Made by a program: the position numbers and the translations under genes. DNA of 64,000 nucleotides from NCBI RefSeq assembly GCF_963921235.1, contig NC_086097.1, forward strand, positions 80,416,001 through 80,480,000. Reading direction: 5' to 3'. Shown piece by piece: positions 1-13,577 of this stretch. Numbering within the stretch: the first letter of the stretch is position 1; every line of letters starts with the position of its first letter. The stretch is from Mobula hypostoma. Its lineage: Eukaryota. The notes below the pieces were generated by a model. The model searched no databases. It was not told the DNA's origin and saw only the letters and a program-made list of their open reading frames with translations.

Positions 1-622
1 AACTTTCTCGGTACTTTTCAAGGTAAATTTTAAGCCTAACCCTTTGACGGAAATATTTGGTATTGTTGGAGGAAAAGACTTTATTTTGGAGACACCTGAT
101 TTGCATATTGTGTTTTTTATTTCTCTTATAGCTAGGAGGGCGCTCTTGCTTAAATGGAAGGATGCTGTTCCGCCTACTCTTGCTCAATGGTGACGTGATG
201 TTATGTCATGCTTAAGTTTAGAGAAGATCTGTTGCTCAGTTTTTGAATCTAGCCAAGACTTTTATACATTGTGGGGACCATTTTTGAGTTATTTTCAAAA
301 CCTTTGATTTTTTGTAAAAGTACGGATGGTGGCTAATAATACACTTACTATATGATAAGGGTTTCCCCCCCTTTTTTCTTGCTTTTCCTAACAGCTCTGA
401 CTTTGGTAGTGGGTTTAGATTTTTTTCTGCATAACAAAATTATTATATTTCAATATTACAATTTAATCTAATTTTTTATGAATACAGGGTATTGTGATTG
501 TGAATGTATTTTTATTATAATGTATTTGGTACTATTTTATTTTTTTCTTTTGACTTATAATATATATCTCCTTGGACACTATATTCCTTTATGCAGTGAC
601 TAATAAAATTATTGAAAGAGAA
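1..622 (+). mobile_element. 3' end of an L1-clade LINE (ORF2 C-terminus, 3' UTR, A-rich tail)
   Basis: Frame from nt 2 reads ...ARRALLLKWKDAVPPTLAQW*RDVMSCLSLEK, matching the L1 ORF2 C-terminus at ~51045-51147. T-rich UTR follows, with AATAAA at ~602. Confidence 0.8.
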
Positions 623-629
623 AAGTAGT

Positions 630-1268
630 AAAAAACAATTAAGAAAGCAAAAGAAACTGAAACTAATTATCAAGGAATGCAAAATGAAGTAATAAAATAT
701 TTGCCAGACACATTAATAAAAATGAGGAAGGCTGTAATGGGAATGTAGCGATTAACTAACAAGCAGGACAACAGATCTGTTAATGATAAGGAAATGGGAG
801 GAATATTAAATCATTACTCTGCTCCAGCATTCACAAGGGGTATAAAACAGGGGGACATGTAAAAAGAAATAAACATTTAACATAGGAAAAGTTGATTCAG
901 TGGATAAACCAATCAACACAAGTAGTATAAAACCTCTGGTTTAATTGAATTATTCCCATTAAGCTTGAAGGAATCTAGGGATAATATAGCAGAAACGTAA
1001 TACATATGAGATTGTAGTGCCAAGAAACTTATGGATAGCCAACATAATACCCACACTTCAGATGGATCAGGGACAGAACTTAATCATGGATTATAAACCA
1101 AAAAATTTAATATCAGTGCCAAGAAATACATTGGAATCCCTGTTAGAGGAGAGAATAAAATCATAAGACCAAAAGCATAACAATGAATAGTTGGTTAGAG
1201 AAAATCTTGACTAAGCTTATTGAATTTTTGAGGAGGTAGCTCTGTCAATGATGGTAATGCAGTTGATT
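630..1268 (+). mobile_element. Highly decayed CR1 LINE fragment
   Basis: Remnants of the CR1 RT motif KSCLTNLIEFFEEV...GNAVD at ~1200-1267. Confidence 0.5.
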
Positions 1269-1329
1269 TCCCTTCAATTCAGCCCTCTTCTTCACTTTTG
1301 AAATTTCCTTAAGTCAAGGGCAATTTGCT

Positions 1330-1740
1330 TCCACTTTGGTTTAATGGATTCTGAGGTCTGGCCAAAGCAGAAACCACAGATTCTTCCATGGAAGGGGCAG
1401 CGGATGGCTGACAAGACAGATGCAAAAGTAGTTTGTGAGGTGGCACACCACTTCTCCTGCTTAGACAGGGCTTCTATCTGTTTCTGATGCATTGACTTGA
1501 GGTTGTCTATACTATCCATAATGCTCCTTCTCTACTTTGGAAGATCATGGGCTAGGGATTCCAAAGAGGCAGTTGTGATTGTGCAATTTTCAAGGAGGCT
1601 TTGAGCATATCCTTGAATATTTTCCTCTGCTTGCCACATTCCATGTTAGAGCTTGGAATAGAGCATCTGCTTTGGAAGATTGGTGCCAGACATACAGCAT
1701 GTGGCATAGCCTTCCCAATCCAGTTGACCAAATTTTACTG
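1330..1740 (-). mobile_element. RTE-clade LINE 3' fragment
   Basis: Minus strand reads GKQRKIFKDMLKASLK (RTE GGQRKRFKDxLKxSLK-like) and a terminal Cys-rich CPFHGRICG motif. Confidence 0.6.
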
Positions 1741-3237
1741 AAGTTCAAATTCTTTGCTTTTATCATTTGCTTTGGATTAGCAGATTTTATTGAGACAGAT
1801 TGACTTAAATTTTGATGTGCTCTACAGGTTTATTTTTGCAACAAGTACTGAGATACAGTGAAAAAATTTGTTTTGCATGCCATCCGTAGAGATCATTTCA
1901 AAGTAATACAGTGGAAAAGCAAAGACAGAATGAAGAAGTTTGGTAATTGGTTATTATAGCCATAGGTAAAAAGGTATGGTGATAACCTTTGTTTTTGTAT
2001 GGCAACCACAAACATATGAAGTGCAGTGAATATTAAAGGCCATAATTACCTCCTCCAGATGTGAAAAGCAAAACATACTGACTGTGAAGACGAGTGAGTG
2101 ATATTATCAGATTCTGGAGTGAATATTAAAGTTCTAGTTATAGTCATAAAGAAGGGCCTTCACTCCGAAACCTTAACTCTGTTTCTCTTTCCAGAGGTAA
2201 AGCTTTCATTCCTGGTAGAATGCTTGCAGAATTATCTATTTTTATTTCAGGCTATCAGCTTAGGTAGTTTTTTTTCTAAATATGCCTTTTATAGTAAAGT
2301 CCATCTGCTTTGCCGGCATCCTTTAGGAAATGACATCTGCTATGATTACCTGTCCCGGTTTTAGTGTCTTGAAACCCACAGCAAGTGTGATGAGCTCTTA
2401 ACTCCCCTTAAAAATGGTCCAGCAATCAGATGGAGCAGGGCAATAAATGCTTGCGTATCCATCTATAAGACTGAGTCCTACTCCTTGCCACACTTCATGG
2501 CATGGTCTACATTTCATGAAGACTCAGTGCAGAAACCACAGCTCAATTTTCTGAATGATCCAGTTATATCTGACAACTTGTACTTAATACTCCTATCGTT
2601 TCAAGCCCAGAGTGAGGCAGCCCAGGATTCATTTATGTTGACAGCTCCCCAGCTGTAAGCAATATTTTTGTGGGCCACAATGGAAACAAAGAACTTGCAT
2701 TTATTTAATGTTTCCTATATCCTCATGGCACCTCAGAGCACTTCAGAACTTATTAGTTACTTCTTAATTGAAAAGACTGTTATTAAGACAGAACAGCTGC
2801 CAACATGCATACAGCACAGCAAGGTCCCATAACGGCAATGTTTATTTAATTTGTTTTGAATGTGTTCAGTGAAAATTACAGAGAACTTCCTGATCTTCTA
2901 AAAAGTATTGTGTGTTCTTTCACATTTACCACAACAGACAGAATTAATTTTAATTCACGTCCAAAAGCTGGTATCTCCAACATGGCGTTATGTCTTCTGC
3001 AGTGCACGCAATTTCACACAGCAATCACGTCCTCGAATGCCACCCGTCAACCACCACCATCCCCCACTACCAACTCTGCAACCACATTGCAGCTTTCTCC
3101 TGGACAGTTTCTTTCAGAGCCATTTTATAGAATTTTTTTAAATCTTTGACATTGTTGGTATGTTTATTATTGTTAGTACAGTGATATTTGGGTTAACTTT
3201 GGTCTAGAGAGTGAATTATTTTATGTTAAGAACTGAT

Positions 3238-3400
3238 TTAGATTCAGACTCAGATTCAGATTTATTTATCACATGTATATTGGAACATACAGTGAAATGT
3301 GTCATTTGCGTTAACAGGCAGCACACCCAAGGATGTGCCGGGGGCAGCCCACAAATGTCACCACACATTCCCATGCCAACATAGCGTGCCCACAATTCTC
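3238..3400 (-). mobile_element. 3' tail of a SINE or non-autonomous retroposon
   Basis: Reverse complement resembles the 3' half of the V-SINE at 51616-51945, with an (AGATTC)n-like tail. Confidence 0.55.
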
Positions 3401-6400
3401 AGCAGAGCAACACAAGCAGCAGCAGCAGCAACAACAAGACAACAACAGCAAAATAAGCCTCTTTCCCACCCTAGCACCCACACACACAGGAAGGCCTCCA
3501 GCCCAGGACAGGCCACCCCTGGGCCTCTAATCTTTGGCCCTCAGACTTACAGACATTGGGCTTCCAACTTTGGACATCAGGCTTTACATCTTTGCTCACA
3601 GAAATCTGGACTTCGACCTTGTTCTTTGGATTTCGCTGACGTTCTGGGGATCACCCACAGGACTTGCTGATCGCAGGTTTGACCTTTGGGCCTCCATTCC
3701 AGGACTCACGTATTCCTCCAGCCCTTGTGATTCCCACCTCACCAACCTGAGGAACATTAGTCTCCTTAGTGTCTGCCAACTGATGTTCAACTGCGGAGTG
3801 CTCTGACCTGGACTCGGAACATGAGCTCCTGCCCAGACTCTTCATTTACCAACAGCAGGAAGATATTGAAGAGGCATTTATCTTTGGTTGGTAAAGTTAA
3901 ATAAAGTTGGACAATGACTGGTGATAAACTCACTTCTACACATTTGGCTCCACAGACAAGAGAACGTTATTGGGTTAACACAAGAGACTTCAATGACACA
4001 AAGACTGAATCAAAGTAAGGGATCACCTACTAATTTATCCTGTCGGAAAAACATTCTCACTCAATCTTGGGTCAGTATAAGTATGGCTAAATACAGTTCA
4101 ATTAGTGCTAGATTACACAAACACCATGATGCAAATTCATTTGTAGTGTTCCAACCCCTAGCATTTCCATTGCAGCTCTGACAAACTTTGAGATCATAGC
4201 GAAATCAATAGCTCTGTGATTGGTTTTCAAACTGGTGTAAAAAAACTAAGATCAAGACTTCCATTCTCTTGTAAATTTAATGCACTGCCATTGTAAACTA
4301 GAAAGTACATAGAATAAAAACATTCAGATTTGTAGTTACAGCTTGCTGATTTAAGAAATTTTGCAGCTGAAATTGATTTTTACATTTAGGTTGGGTTTTT
4401 GCATCAAATGGGAACAATGAATTGTAAAGACAGGAATAAATCACTGTTTCTACCCATTGCTCAGTCCTGTACCAGAATAATAGAGCATACAGCATAACAA
4501 AGGATTCTTTATTTGTCATTTGTAATATTGCCTGTGACCTCTTTTGTTTTAGTTTCTTTGTTTTGTTAGTTTCTTTCAGGAATATATTACGGTGTGAAGC
4601 TACACCAGGAGGCTAACACTGGCAGTTTAATTAATCCATGAAGACAATATAAAATTGTGCAAACACCAGGGTAATGTTACTGGGAAAATCTCTTAAATAA
4701 TCATCAGCTTAATAAGATGCAGGATAGTCAGTCCCTTGACATTTCACAGAGAGGGAAGCTCAAGCTGAAGAGATGGAATGCTGACAATTTTAATTTCAGT
4801 GCAAGGCTGGCAACACTGGGGAGAGGAGGCTGCATGCACAACCAATAAAACAAGGTCAGCCATTGTATAACAAATCTCCTGGGGTCTCAGATGCCAAAGG
4901 GCTTTAACTGGTTGATCTTATCTTGTGCAGACATTCAGTCTTACTAATTATTTGTTCTTCTGTATCAAAGCTTTGGCTTTGGGAGGGAACAATATTCTTT
5001 CAGGGTTTACACACAACAACTACCTTAATCATTTTTGCATTTTCTCAAGGAGTTGCCAGAATAGAAATTTCCTTCCCATCTTCCAACAGCAATGTTTAAT
5101 AGTTTAAGTCAGGTGCTCTTTTATATCAACACACCGGTATCTGCACACAAGAGCACACATGAAATAATGTGCATTTCAATGTTAATTGGTTCTAAAACAT
5201 ATATAAGTGTTGGATAAAAATGGATTTCCAGATCAGTATTGGCAGCTGCTAAAAGATGGTTTGAAGGCACAGTGAAGTGCTCTCAAAGGAGAGCATTAAA
5301 TGACAGCAAGCAGAATGGGAGAATATTTAAGGATATTTTAAAGTATGAGAACTGAGTGCATGCCAAGCTATGCAATCACAATCAGAATAAATAAACATAA
5401 CATTATTTAATATAATTAAGAACTGAAGTTAGTGAGATTTAATACACTAGCACTTTATGCAGCACTTTGTAGCAAGCACAGCATAAAGGAAAATAAACGT
5501 GACTGAAACCTAGCAGAGCCAATAAAAAAAATCACAGCCTGAAAGACTATAAACAAATTCCAATTACTCAACCACACAGCTAACAATTACAGTACATTCA
5601 ATTAGCTTGCCAAACCTTTCACAAATTTTCTCTGAATAAGTTACTCAATATTCGTTAATAACAATAAAAACTTACTGCCTCAATCATATAAAGTTTTTGC
5701 TTATTCGAGGACTGTGCAAGATTTTACCTTCATTATTAACATTTTTACCATTGTTCATCACTGGTGTAAGGTATGAAGGTTCAGGGTGGTGTTTGGAGAA
5801 CATATCAAACAGTTAGAAGTTGGTAGGTATGACATTGTGGGCATCACTGAGTTGTGGCTGAAAGAAGATCAAGTTGGGAGCTTAACATCCAAGAATGCAC
5901 ATTGTATCGAAAGGACAGGCAGGTAGGCAGAAGGGACGGAGGGAGCTCTGTTGGTAAAAAATCAAATGAAATTAAGACCTTAGAAAGAGGTGACATAGAA
6001 TCAGATGATATAGAATCCTTGTGGGTAGAGTTAAGAAATTGCATGGGTGAAAAGATCCTCATAGGAGTTATATACGGGCTTCCGAATTATAGCTGGGATG
6101 TGGGGTACAATCTACAATAGGAGGTAGAAAAGGCTTGAAAAAGGGAGAATGTTGTGATAGTCATCAGGGATTTCAAAATGCAGGTAGATTAGGAAAATCA
6201 GGTTGGTGCTGGATCCCAAAAGAAGGTGTACATAGAATGCATATGAGATGGCTTTCAGAGCAGGTTGTATTGGAGCCCACTAGCAAGAAAACAATTCTGG
6301 ACTGCTTGAACCAGATTTAATTATAGCGAGCTTAAGGTAAAGGAACCCTCAGGAGATAGTAATCATAATCTGTTAGAATTCACCTTCCAGTTTGAGAGGG

Positions 6401-6417
6401 AGAAGCTAAAATCAGAT

Positions 6418-7904
6418 AGACATAGAACATAGAAAACCTACAACACAATACAGGCCCTTTGGCCCACAAAGTTGTGCCGAACATGTCCCTACCTTAGAAA
6501 TTACTGGCTTACAGAAAGCCCTCTATTTTTCTAAGCTTCATGTACCTATCTAAAAGTCTCTTAAAAGACCCTATCATATCCACCCCCACCACCGTTACTG
6601 ACAGCCCGTTCCACGCACTCACCACTCTCTGAGTAAAAAACTTACCTCTGACATCTCCTCTGTACCTACTCCTCAGCACCTTAAACCTGTGTCCTTTTGT
6701 GGCAACCATTTCAGCCCTGGGCAAAAGCCTCTGACTATACACACGATCAATGCCTCTCATCATCTTATACACCTCTATCAGGTCATCTCTCATCCTCCGT
6801 CGCTCCAAGGAGAAAAAGCCGAGTTCACTCAACTTATTCTCATAAGGCATTTCCCCAATCCAGGCAACATCCTTGTAAATCTCCTCTGCACCCTTTCTAT
6901 CGCTTCCACATCCTTCCTGTAGTGAGGCAACCAGAACTGAGCACAGTACTCCAAGTAGTGTCTGACCAGGGTTCTATATAGCTGAAACATTACCTCTTGG
7001 CTCCTAAATTCAACTCCAAGATTGATGAGGGCCAATACACCATACGCCTTCTTAACTACAGAGTCAACCTGAGCAGCTGCTCTGAGTCCAAGATCCCTCT
7101 GATCCTCCACACTGCCAAGAGTCTTACCATTAATACTATATCCTGCCATCATATTTGACCTACCAAAATGAACCACTTCACACTTATCTCGGTTGAACTC
7201 CATCTGCCACTTCTCAGCCCAGTTTTGCATCCTATCAATGTCCTTCTGTAACCTCTGACAGCCCTCCACATTATCCACAACACCCCCAACCTTTGTGCCA
7301 TCAGAAATTTACTAACCCATCCCTCCACTTCCTCATCCAGGTCATTTATAAAAATCACGAAGAGTAAGAGTCCCAGAACAGATCCCTGAGGCACTCTACT
7401 GGTGACCGACCTCCATGCAGAATATGACCCGTCTACAACCACTCTTTGCCTTCTGTGGGCAAACCAGTTCTGGATCCACAAAGCAATGTCCTCTTGGATC
7501 CCATTCCTCCTTATTTTCTCAATAAGCATTGCATGGGGTACCTTATCAAATGCCTTGCTGAAATCCATATACACTACATCTACGGCTCTACCTTCATCAA
7601 TGAACTTAGTCACATCCTCAAAAAATTCAATCAGGCTCGTAAGGTACGACCTGCCCTTGACAAAACCATGATGACTATCCCTAATCACAATATACCTCTT
7701 CAAATGTTCATAAATCCTGCCTCTCAGGATCTTCTCCATCAACTTACCAACCACTGAGGTAACACTCACTGGTCTATAATTTCCTGGGCTATCTCTACTC
7801 CCTTTCTTGAATAAAGGATCAACATCCGCAATCCTCCAATCCTCCGGAACCTCTCCCGTCCCCACTGATGATGCAAAGATCATCACCAGAGGCTCAGCAA
7901 TCGC
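6418..7904 (-). mobile_element. 5'-truncated CR1 LINE (RT and 3' end) inserted in the host CR1
   Basis: ORFs 7149-7988, 6829-7278 and 6509-6850 carry [27 protein letters not shown] and YCAQFW. (CATAGAA)n tail at 6418. CAGAT flanks both sides (6413-6417, 7905-7909). Confidence 0.9.
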
Positions 7905-8547
7905 CAGATGCATTTGTATTACAGTGGAGTAAAGGGAATTGCAGAGCAATGAGAGAAGAGCTAACCAAAGTTCATCATAAGGTGACACTAGCAGGAATGA
8001 CTGTAGAACAGGAATGCTGTGGTTTCTGGGGGCAATTCAGAAGGTACAATATAAATACATCCTAAAGATGAAGTAGTATTCTAACGTGAGGATGAGGCAA
8101 ATGAAGTTGATAAAGGAATTCAAAGACAGCATAAAAGCAAAAGAGAGGGCATATAACTTATCAAAAATTATTGGGACGTTAGAGGACTGGAAAGCTTTTA
8201 AAAACCAACAGAAGGCAACTAAAAAAGCAATAAAGAGAGAAGAGATGAAATATGAAGGTAAGCTAGCCAATAATATAAAAGAGGATACCAAATGGTTTTT
8301 CAGATGTACGAAGAGTAAAAGATGCGAAAGAGGATATTAGACCACTGGATAATGACACTGGAGAGGTAATGATGGGGAACAAAGAAATAGCAGACAAACC
8401 TATTAAGTACTTCACATCAGTCCTCACTGTGGGAAACACCAGCAGTATGCTAGAAATTTGATAATATTAATAGGCAGAAGTGAGTGTAGTTGCTATAACT
8501 GAGGAGAAGGTGCTTGGATAGCTGAAAGTTCTGAATAAGTATAAGTC

Positions 8548-10728
8548 CATAAGACCATAAGATCATAAGATATAGGAGCAAAATTAGGTCATTCAGCCCA
8601 TCGAGTCTGCTCTGCCATTCTATCATGGCTGATCTCAGATTCCACTCAACCCCATACACCTGCCATATCCTTTGATGCCCTGCTCGATCAGGAAATGATC
8701 AACTTCCACCTTAAATATACCCATGGACTTGGCCTCCACTGCAGTCTGTGGCAGAGCATTCCACAGATTTACTACTCTCTGGCTAAAGAAAATTCCTCCT
8801 TACCTCTGTTCTAAAAGATCGTCACTCAATTTTGAGGCTGTGCCCTCTAGTTTTGGATACCCCCACCATAGAAAACACCCTCTCCACAGCCACACGATCT
8901 AATCTTTTCAACATTTGGTAGGTTTCAGTGAGATCCCCCTGTATTCTTCTAAATTCCAATGAGTACAGGCCCAAAGCTGCCAAATGCTCCTCATATGTTA
9001 ACGCCTTCATTCCCAGAATCATCCTCATGAACCTCCTCTGGATTCTCTCCAACGACAACAAATCCTTTCTGAGATATGGGACCCAAAACTGTTGACAATA
9101 CTCCAAGTGCAGCCTGATTAGTGTCTCATAAAGACTCAGTATTATCTTCCTGCTTTTATAGAACATAGAAATAGTACAGCACAGTACAGGCCCTTCGGCC
9201 CACAATGTTGTGCTGACCCTCAAACCCTGCCTCCCATATAAGCCCCCACCTTAAATTCCTCCATATACCTGTCTAGTAGTCTCTTAAACTTCACTAGTGT
9301 ATCTGCCTCCACCACTGACTCAGGCAGTGCATTCCACACACCAACCACTCTCTGAGTAAAAAACCTTCCTCTAATATCCCCCTTGAACTTCCCACCCCTT
9401 ACCTTAAAGCCATGTCCTCTTGTATTGAGCAGTGGTGCCCTGGGGAAGAGGCGCTGGCTATCCACTCTATCTATTCCTCTTATTATCTTGTACACCTCTA
9501 TCATGTCTCCTCTCATCCTCCTTCTCTCCAAAGAGTAAAGCCCTAGCTCCCTTAATCTCTGATCATAATGCATACTTTCTAAACCAGGCAGCATCCTGGT
9601 AAATCTCCTCTGTACCCTTTCCAATGCTTCCACATCCTTCCTATAGTGAGGTGACTAGAACTGGACACAGTACTCCAAGTGTGGCCTAACCAGAGTTTTA
9701 TAGACCTGCATCATTACATCGCGACACTTAAACTCTATCCCTCGACTTATGAAAGCTAACACCCCATAAGTTTCTTAACTACCCTATCCACCTGTGAGGC
9801 AACTTTCAGGGATCTGTGGACATGTACCCCGAGATCCCTCTGCTCCTCCACACTACCAAGTATCCTGCCATTTACTTTGTATTCTGCCTTGGAGTTTGTC
9901 CTTCCAAAGTGTACCACCTCACATTTTTCCAGGTTGAACTCCATCTGCCACTTCTCAGCCCACTTCTGCATCCTTTCAATATCTCTCGGCAATCTTTGAC
10001 AATCCTCTACACTATCTACAACACCACCAACCTTCGTGTCATCTGCAAACTTGCCAACCCACCCTTCTACCCCTATATCCAGGTCATTAATAAAAATCAC
10101 AAAAAGTAGAGGTCCCAGAACAGATCCTTGTGGGACACCACTAGTCACAATCCTCCAATATGAATGTACTCCCTCCACCACCACCCTCTGCCTTCTGCAG
10201 GCAAGCCAATTCTGAATCCACCTTTCCAAACTTCCCTGGATCCCATGCCTTCTAACTTTCTGAATAAGCCTACCGTGTGGAACCTTGTCGAATGCCTTAC
10301 TAAAATCCATATAGATCACATCCACTGCACTACCCTCATCTATATGCCTGGTCACCTCCTCAAAGAGCTCTATCAGGCTTGTTAGACACGATCTGTCCTT
10401 CACAAAGCCATGCTGACTGTCCAATTCCTCTTGAAATAAATGCCAACATTGTATTTGCTTTCTTTATCTCAGACTCAACCTATAAGTTAACCTCTGGGAG
10501 ACTTGCATGAAGACTCCTAAGCCCCTCTGCACCTCTGAGATAATTTAGTCCCATTTACATAATAGTATGTACTATTGTTCCTTTTACCAAAATGCATTAT
10601 CATACATTTCCCAATAGTGTATTCCATCTGTCACATCCAATTTGTTCAAGTCCTGCTGAAATCGCATTGCTTCCTCAGCACTATCTACCCCTCCACCTAT
10701 CTTTGCATCATTTGCAAACTTTGTCACA
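8548..10728 (-). mobile_element. 5'-truncated CR1 LINE, split by another CR1
   Basis: (CATAAGA)n tail at 8548. RT C-terminus LEYCQQFW..LERIQRRF at 8822-9158; resumes at 10423-10728 (KFANDAKIGG). Confidence 0.8.
9159..10422 (-). mobile_element. Young 5'-truncated CR1 LINE (third nesting level)
   Basis: ORFs 9756-10424 ([33 protein letters not shown]) and 9220-9633. Tail at 9159. Confidence 0.9.
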
Positions 10729-11076
10729 AGGTCAGCTGGACCAGATGGACTACACCGCAGTTTTCTGAAAGGAAATGCTGAAGAGATTTGTGGAGGCATT
10801 AATAATGATCTTTCAAGAATCACCAGATACTAGAGTGGTTCCCGAGGACTGGAAAATTGTAAATGTCATTCCACTCTTAAGAAGTGAGAGAGGCAAAAGG
10901 CAGGAAATTATAGGACAGTTAGTTTGACTTCAGTGGTCGAAAAAATTTTGGAGTCCTATATTAAGGAAAAGGCTTTGGGTTACAGTTTTTGTAGGCAAAT
11001 GATAAAATAGGCCAAAGTCAGCTTGGTTTCCTTGGGAAATTGTGCCTGTCAAATCTGTTGGAATCCTTGGAAGAAA

Positions 11077-12535
11077 TCCAGTGGAATAAAGGAAATTACA
11101 ATGGCATGAGAGGGGAGATAGCCAAAGTTGTCTGGAAAGGGACACTAGCAAGAAGGACAGCAGAACAGCAATGGCTGGAGTTTCTGTGAAAAATGAGGGA
11201 AATACAAGACAGTTATATTCCAAATAAGAAGACATTTTCGAATGGAAGGACACTACCGTGGCTGACAAGTGAAATCAGAGCCAAAGTAAAAGCAAAAGAG
11301 AGGGCATACAAGTGATCCAAAGCTAGTGGGAAGATAGATGATTGGGAAGCTTTTAAAAACTTGCAGAAGGTCATTAGGAAGGAAAAGATGAATTATGAAA
11401 GGAAGCTGGCAACTATTATCAAAGAAGATACTAAAAGCTTTTTTTAAGTATATAAATGGTAAAAGAGAGTTGAGGGTAGATATAGGATGAATAGAAAATG
11501 ATGCAGGAGATATTGTAATGAGAGATGCAGAGATGGCAGAGGAATTGAATGCATATTTTGCATCAGTCTTCACAGTGGAAGACAACTGCAGTACACCGGG
11601 CATTCAAGAGCATCAGGGAAGTAAAGTATGTGCAGTGAAAATTGTGACTGAGAAGGAGCTCAGGAAGCTTAATGGTCTGAGGGTGGATAAATCTCCTGGA
11701 CCTGATGGAATGCTCCCTTAGGTTCTGAAGGAAGTAGCTGGAGGGATTGTGGAGGCGTTAACAATGATCTTTCAAGAATTGATAGATTCTGGCATTTTAC
11801 CGGATGACTGGAAAATTGCAAATGTTACTCCACTATTTAAGAAGGGTGGGAGGCATCAGAAAGGAAACTATAGACCTGTTAGTCTGACATCATTGGTTGG
11901 AAAGTTGTTGGAATCGATTGTTATGGATGAGATTACGGAGTACCTGGAGGCACGTCATAAATTAAGCCAAAGCCAACATGGTTTCCTGAAAAGATGGTCA
12001 TGCCTGACTGACCTACTGCAATTTTTTGAGGAAATTACAGGCAGGGTCAACAAAGGAGATGCAGTAGACGTGGTGTACTTGGATTTTCAGAAGGCCTTTG
12101 ACAAAGTGCTGCCCATGAGTCTGCTTAGCAAGATAAGAGCCTATGGAATTACAGGGGGGTTACTAGCATGGGTGGAGCATTGGCTGATCGGCAGAAAACA
12201 GACAGTGGGAATCTATTCTGGGATCCTATTCTGGCTGGTTGCTGGTTACCAGTGGAGCTCCACAAGGATCAGTGTTCAGACAGCTGCTTTTTACGATGTA
12301 TGTCAATGATTTGGACTATGGGATTAATGGACGTGGCTAAGTTTGTCGATGATAAAAAAAATAGGTGGAGGAGTGGGTAGTGTTGAGGGATCAAAGGGTA
12401 TGGGTTTGGGGAGAAGGTAGGGGAGTGGGGATGACTGGAAGAATTGGATCAGCCCATGATTGAATAGTGGGGAAGACTCAGTGGGCCAAATGGCCTACTT
12501 CTGCTCCTATATCTTATGGTCTTATGATCTTACGG
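11077..12535 (+). mobile_element. CR1 LINE with an internal deletion, inserted in the host CR1
   Basis: Linker and RT (KSPGPDG, NYRPVSLTS, DFQKAFDKV, KFVDD), then a jump straight to the 3' UTR at ~12388 and a (TCTTATG)n tail. Confidence 0.8.
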
Positions 12536-13352
12536 TTTAAATAACAGGCAGGATAGGCAAAGGAGAGTCAATATATGGTGTTTTCTTGGATCTTCAGAAA
12601 GACTTTGACAAGGTGCCACATATGAGACTACTTAACAAGATAAGATTCCATGGTATTACAGGAAAGATACTAGCATGGATAAAAGATTGCCTGCGTGGCA
12701 GAAGGCAAAGAGCGGGAACTCTCCAGCAGCCGCCAGAAAAGGCCCCCTTTATTCCCGCTCTTTGTTTTCTGCCAGGCAGGCAGTCTTTTCTTGGTTTTGG
12801 GACAGCTTCTTTTCACGTTATATGTCAATGATTTGGATGACAGAATTGGTGGCTCTGTGGCCAGATTTGCGGATGATGCTGAGATAGGTGGAGGGGGAGG
12901 TAGTGTTGAGGAAGCAGGGAGTCTGCGGAAGGATTTAGACAGATTAGGAGTATGGGCAAAGAAGTGGCAATTGGAACATAGTTTACGAAAATACATGGTC
13001 ATGCACTTTGGTGGAAGAAATCAAAGCATGGATTATTTTTTAAACAGGTAGAAAATTCAGAAACCAGAGTTGCAAAAGGATTTGAGAGCCCGCGTGCAGG
13101 ACTTATTCCCTAAAGATTAATTTGCAGGTTGAGTCAGTCAAAAGAAAGGCAAATGCATTGTTAGTATTCGTTTTGAGTGAACTGGAATATAAAAGCAAGT
13201 TGTAATGCAAAGGCTTTATAAGGCATTGATCAGACTGCACTTGGAGTACTGTAGGCAGTTTCGGGCCCCTTTTCTGAGAAAGAATGTGTTGGTATTGGAG
13301 AGGGTCTAGAGGAGGTTCATGAGAATGATCTAATTAAAGGGTTAACGTATGA

Positions 13353-13364
13353 TATATACACACA

Positions 13365-13402
<38 letters not shown>

Positions 13403-13577
13403 AGCGCACACACACACACACACGCAAGCGCACACACACACGAGGAAATCTGCAGATGCTGGAATTTCAAGCAACACACATAAAAGTTGCTGGTGAGCGC
13501 AGCAGGCCAGGCAGCATCTCTAGGAAGAGGTACAGAAGAGGTACAGTCGACTTTCGGGCCCAGACCCTTCGCCGTCA
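13353..13577 (-). mobile_element. Penelope-like-derived short retroposon with a (TG)n tail
   Basis: (CA)n at 13358-13441 on the + strand. Body matches the hairpin family at 45927-46130. 13-bp TSD GGTTAACGTATGA at 13340-13352 and 13578-13590. Confidence 0.7.

Noticed and set aside
3299..3806. Poly-Ala/Gln ORFs
   Set aside because: They arise from a short (CAG/CAA)n tract and repeat-derived sequence; no recognisable domain.
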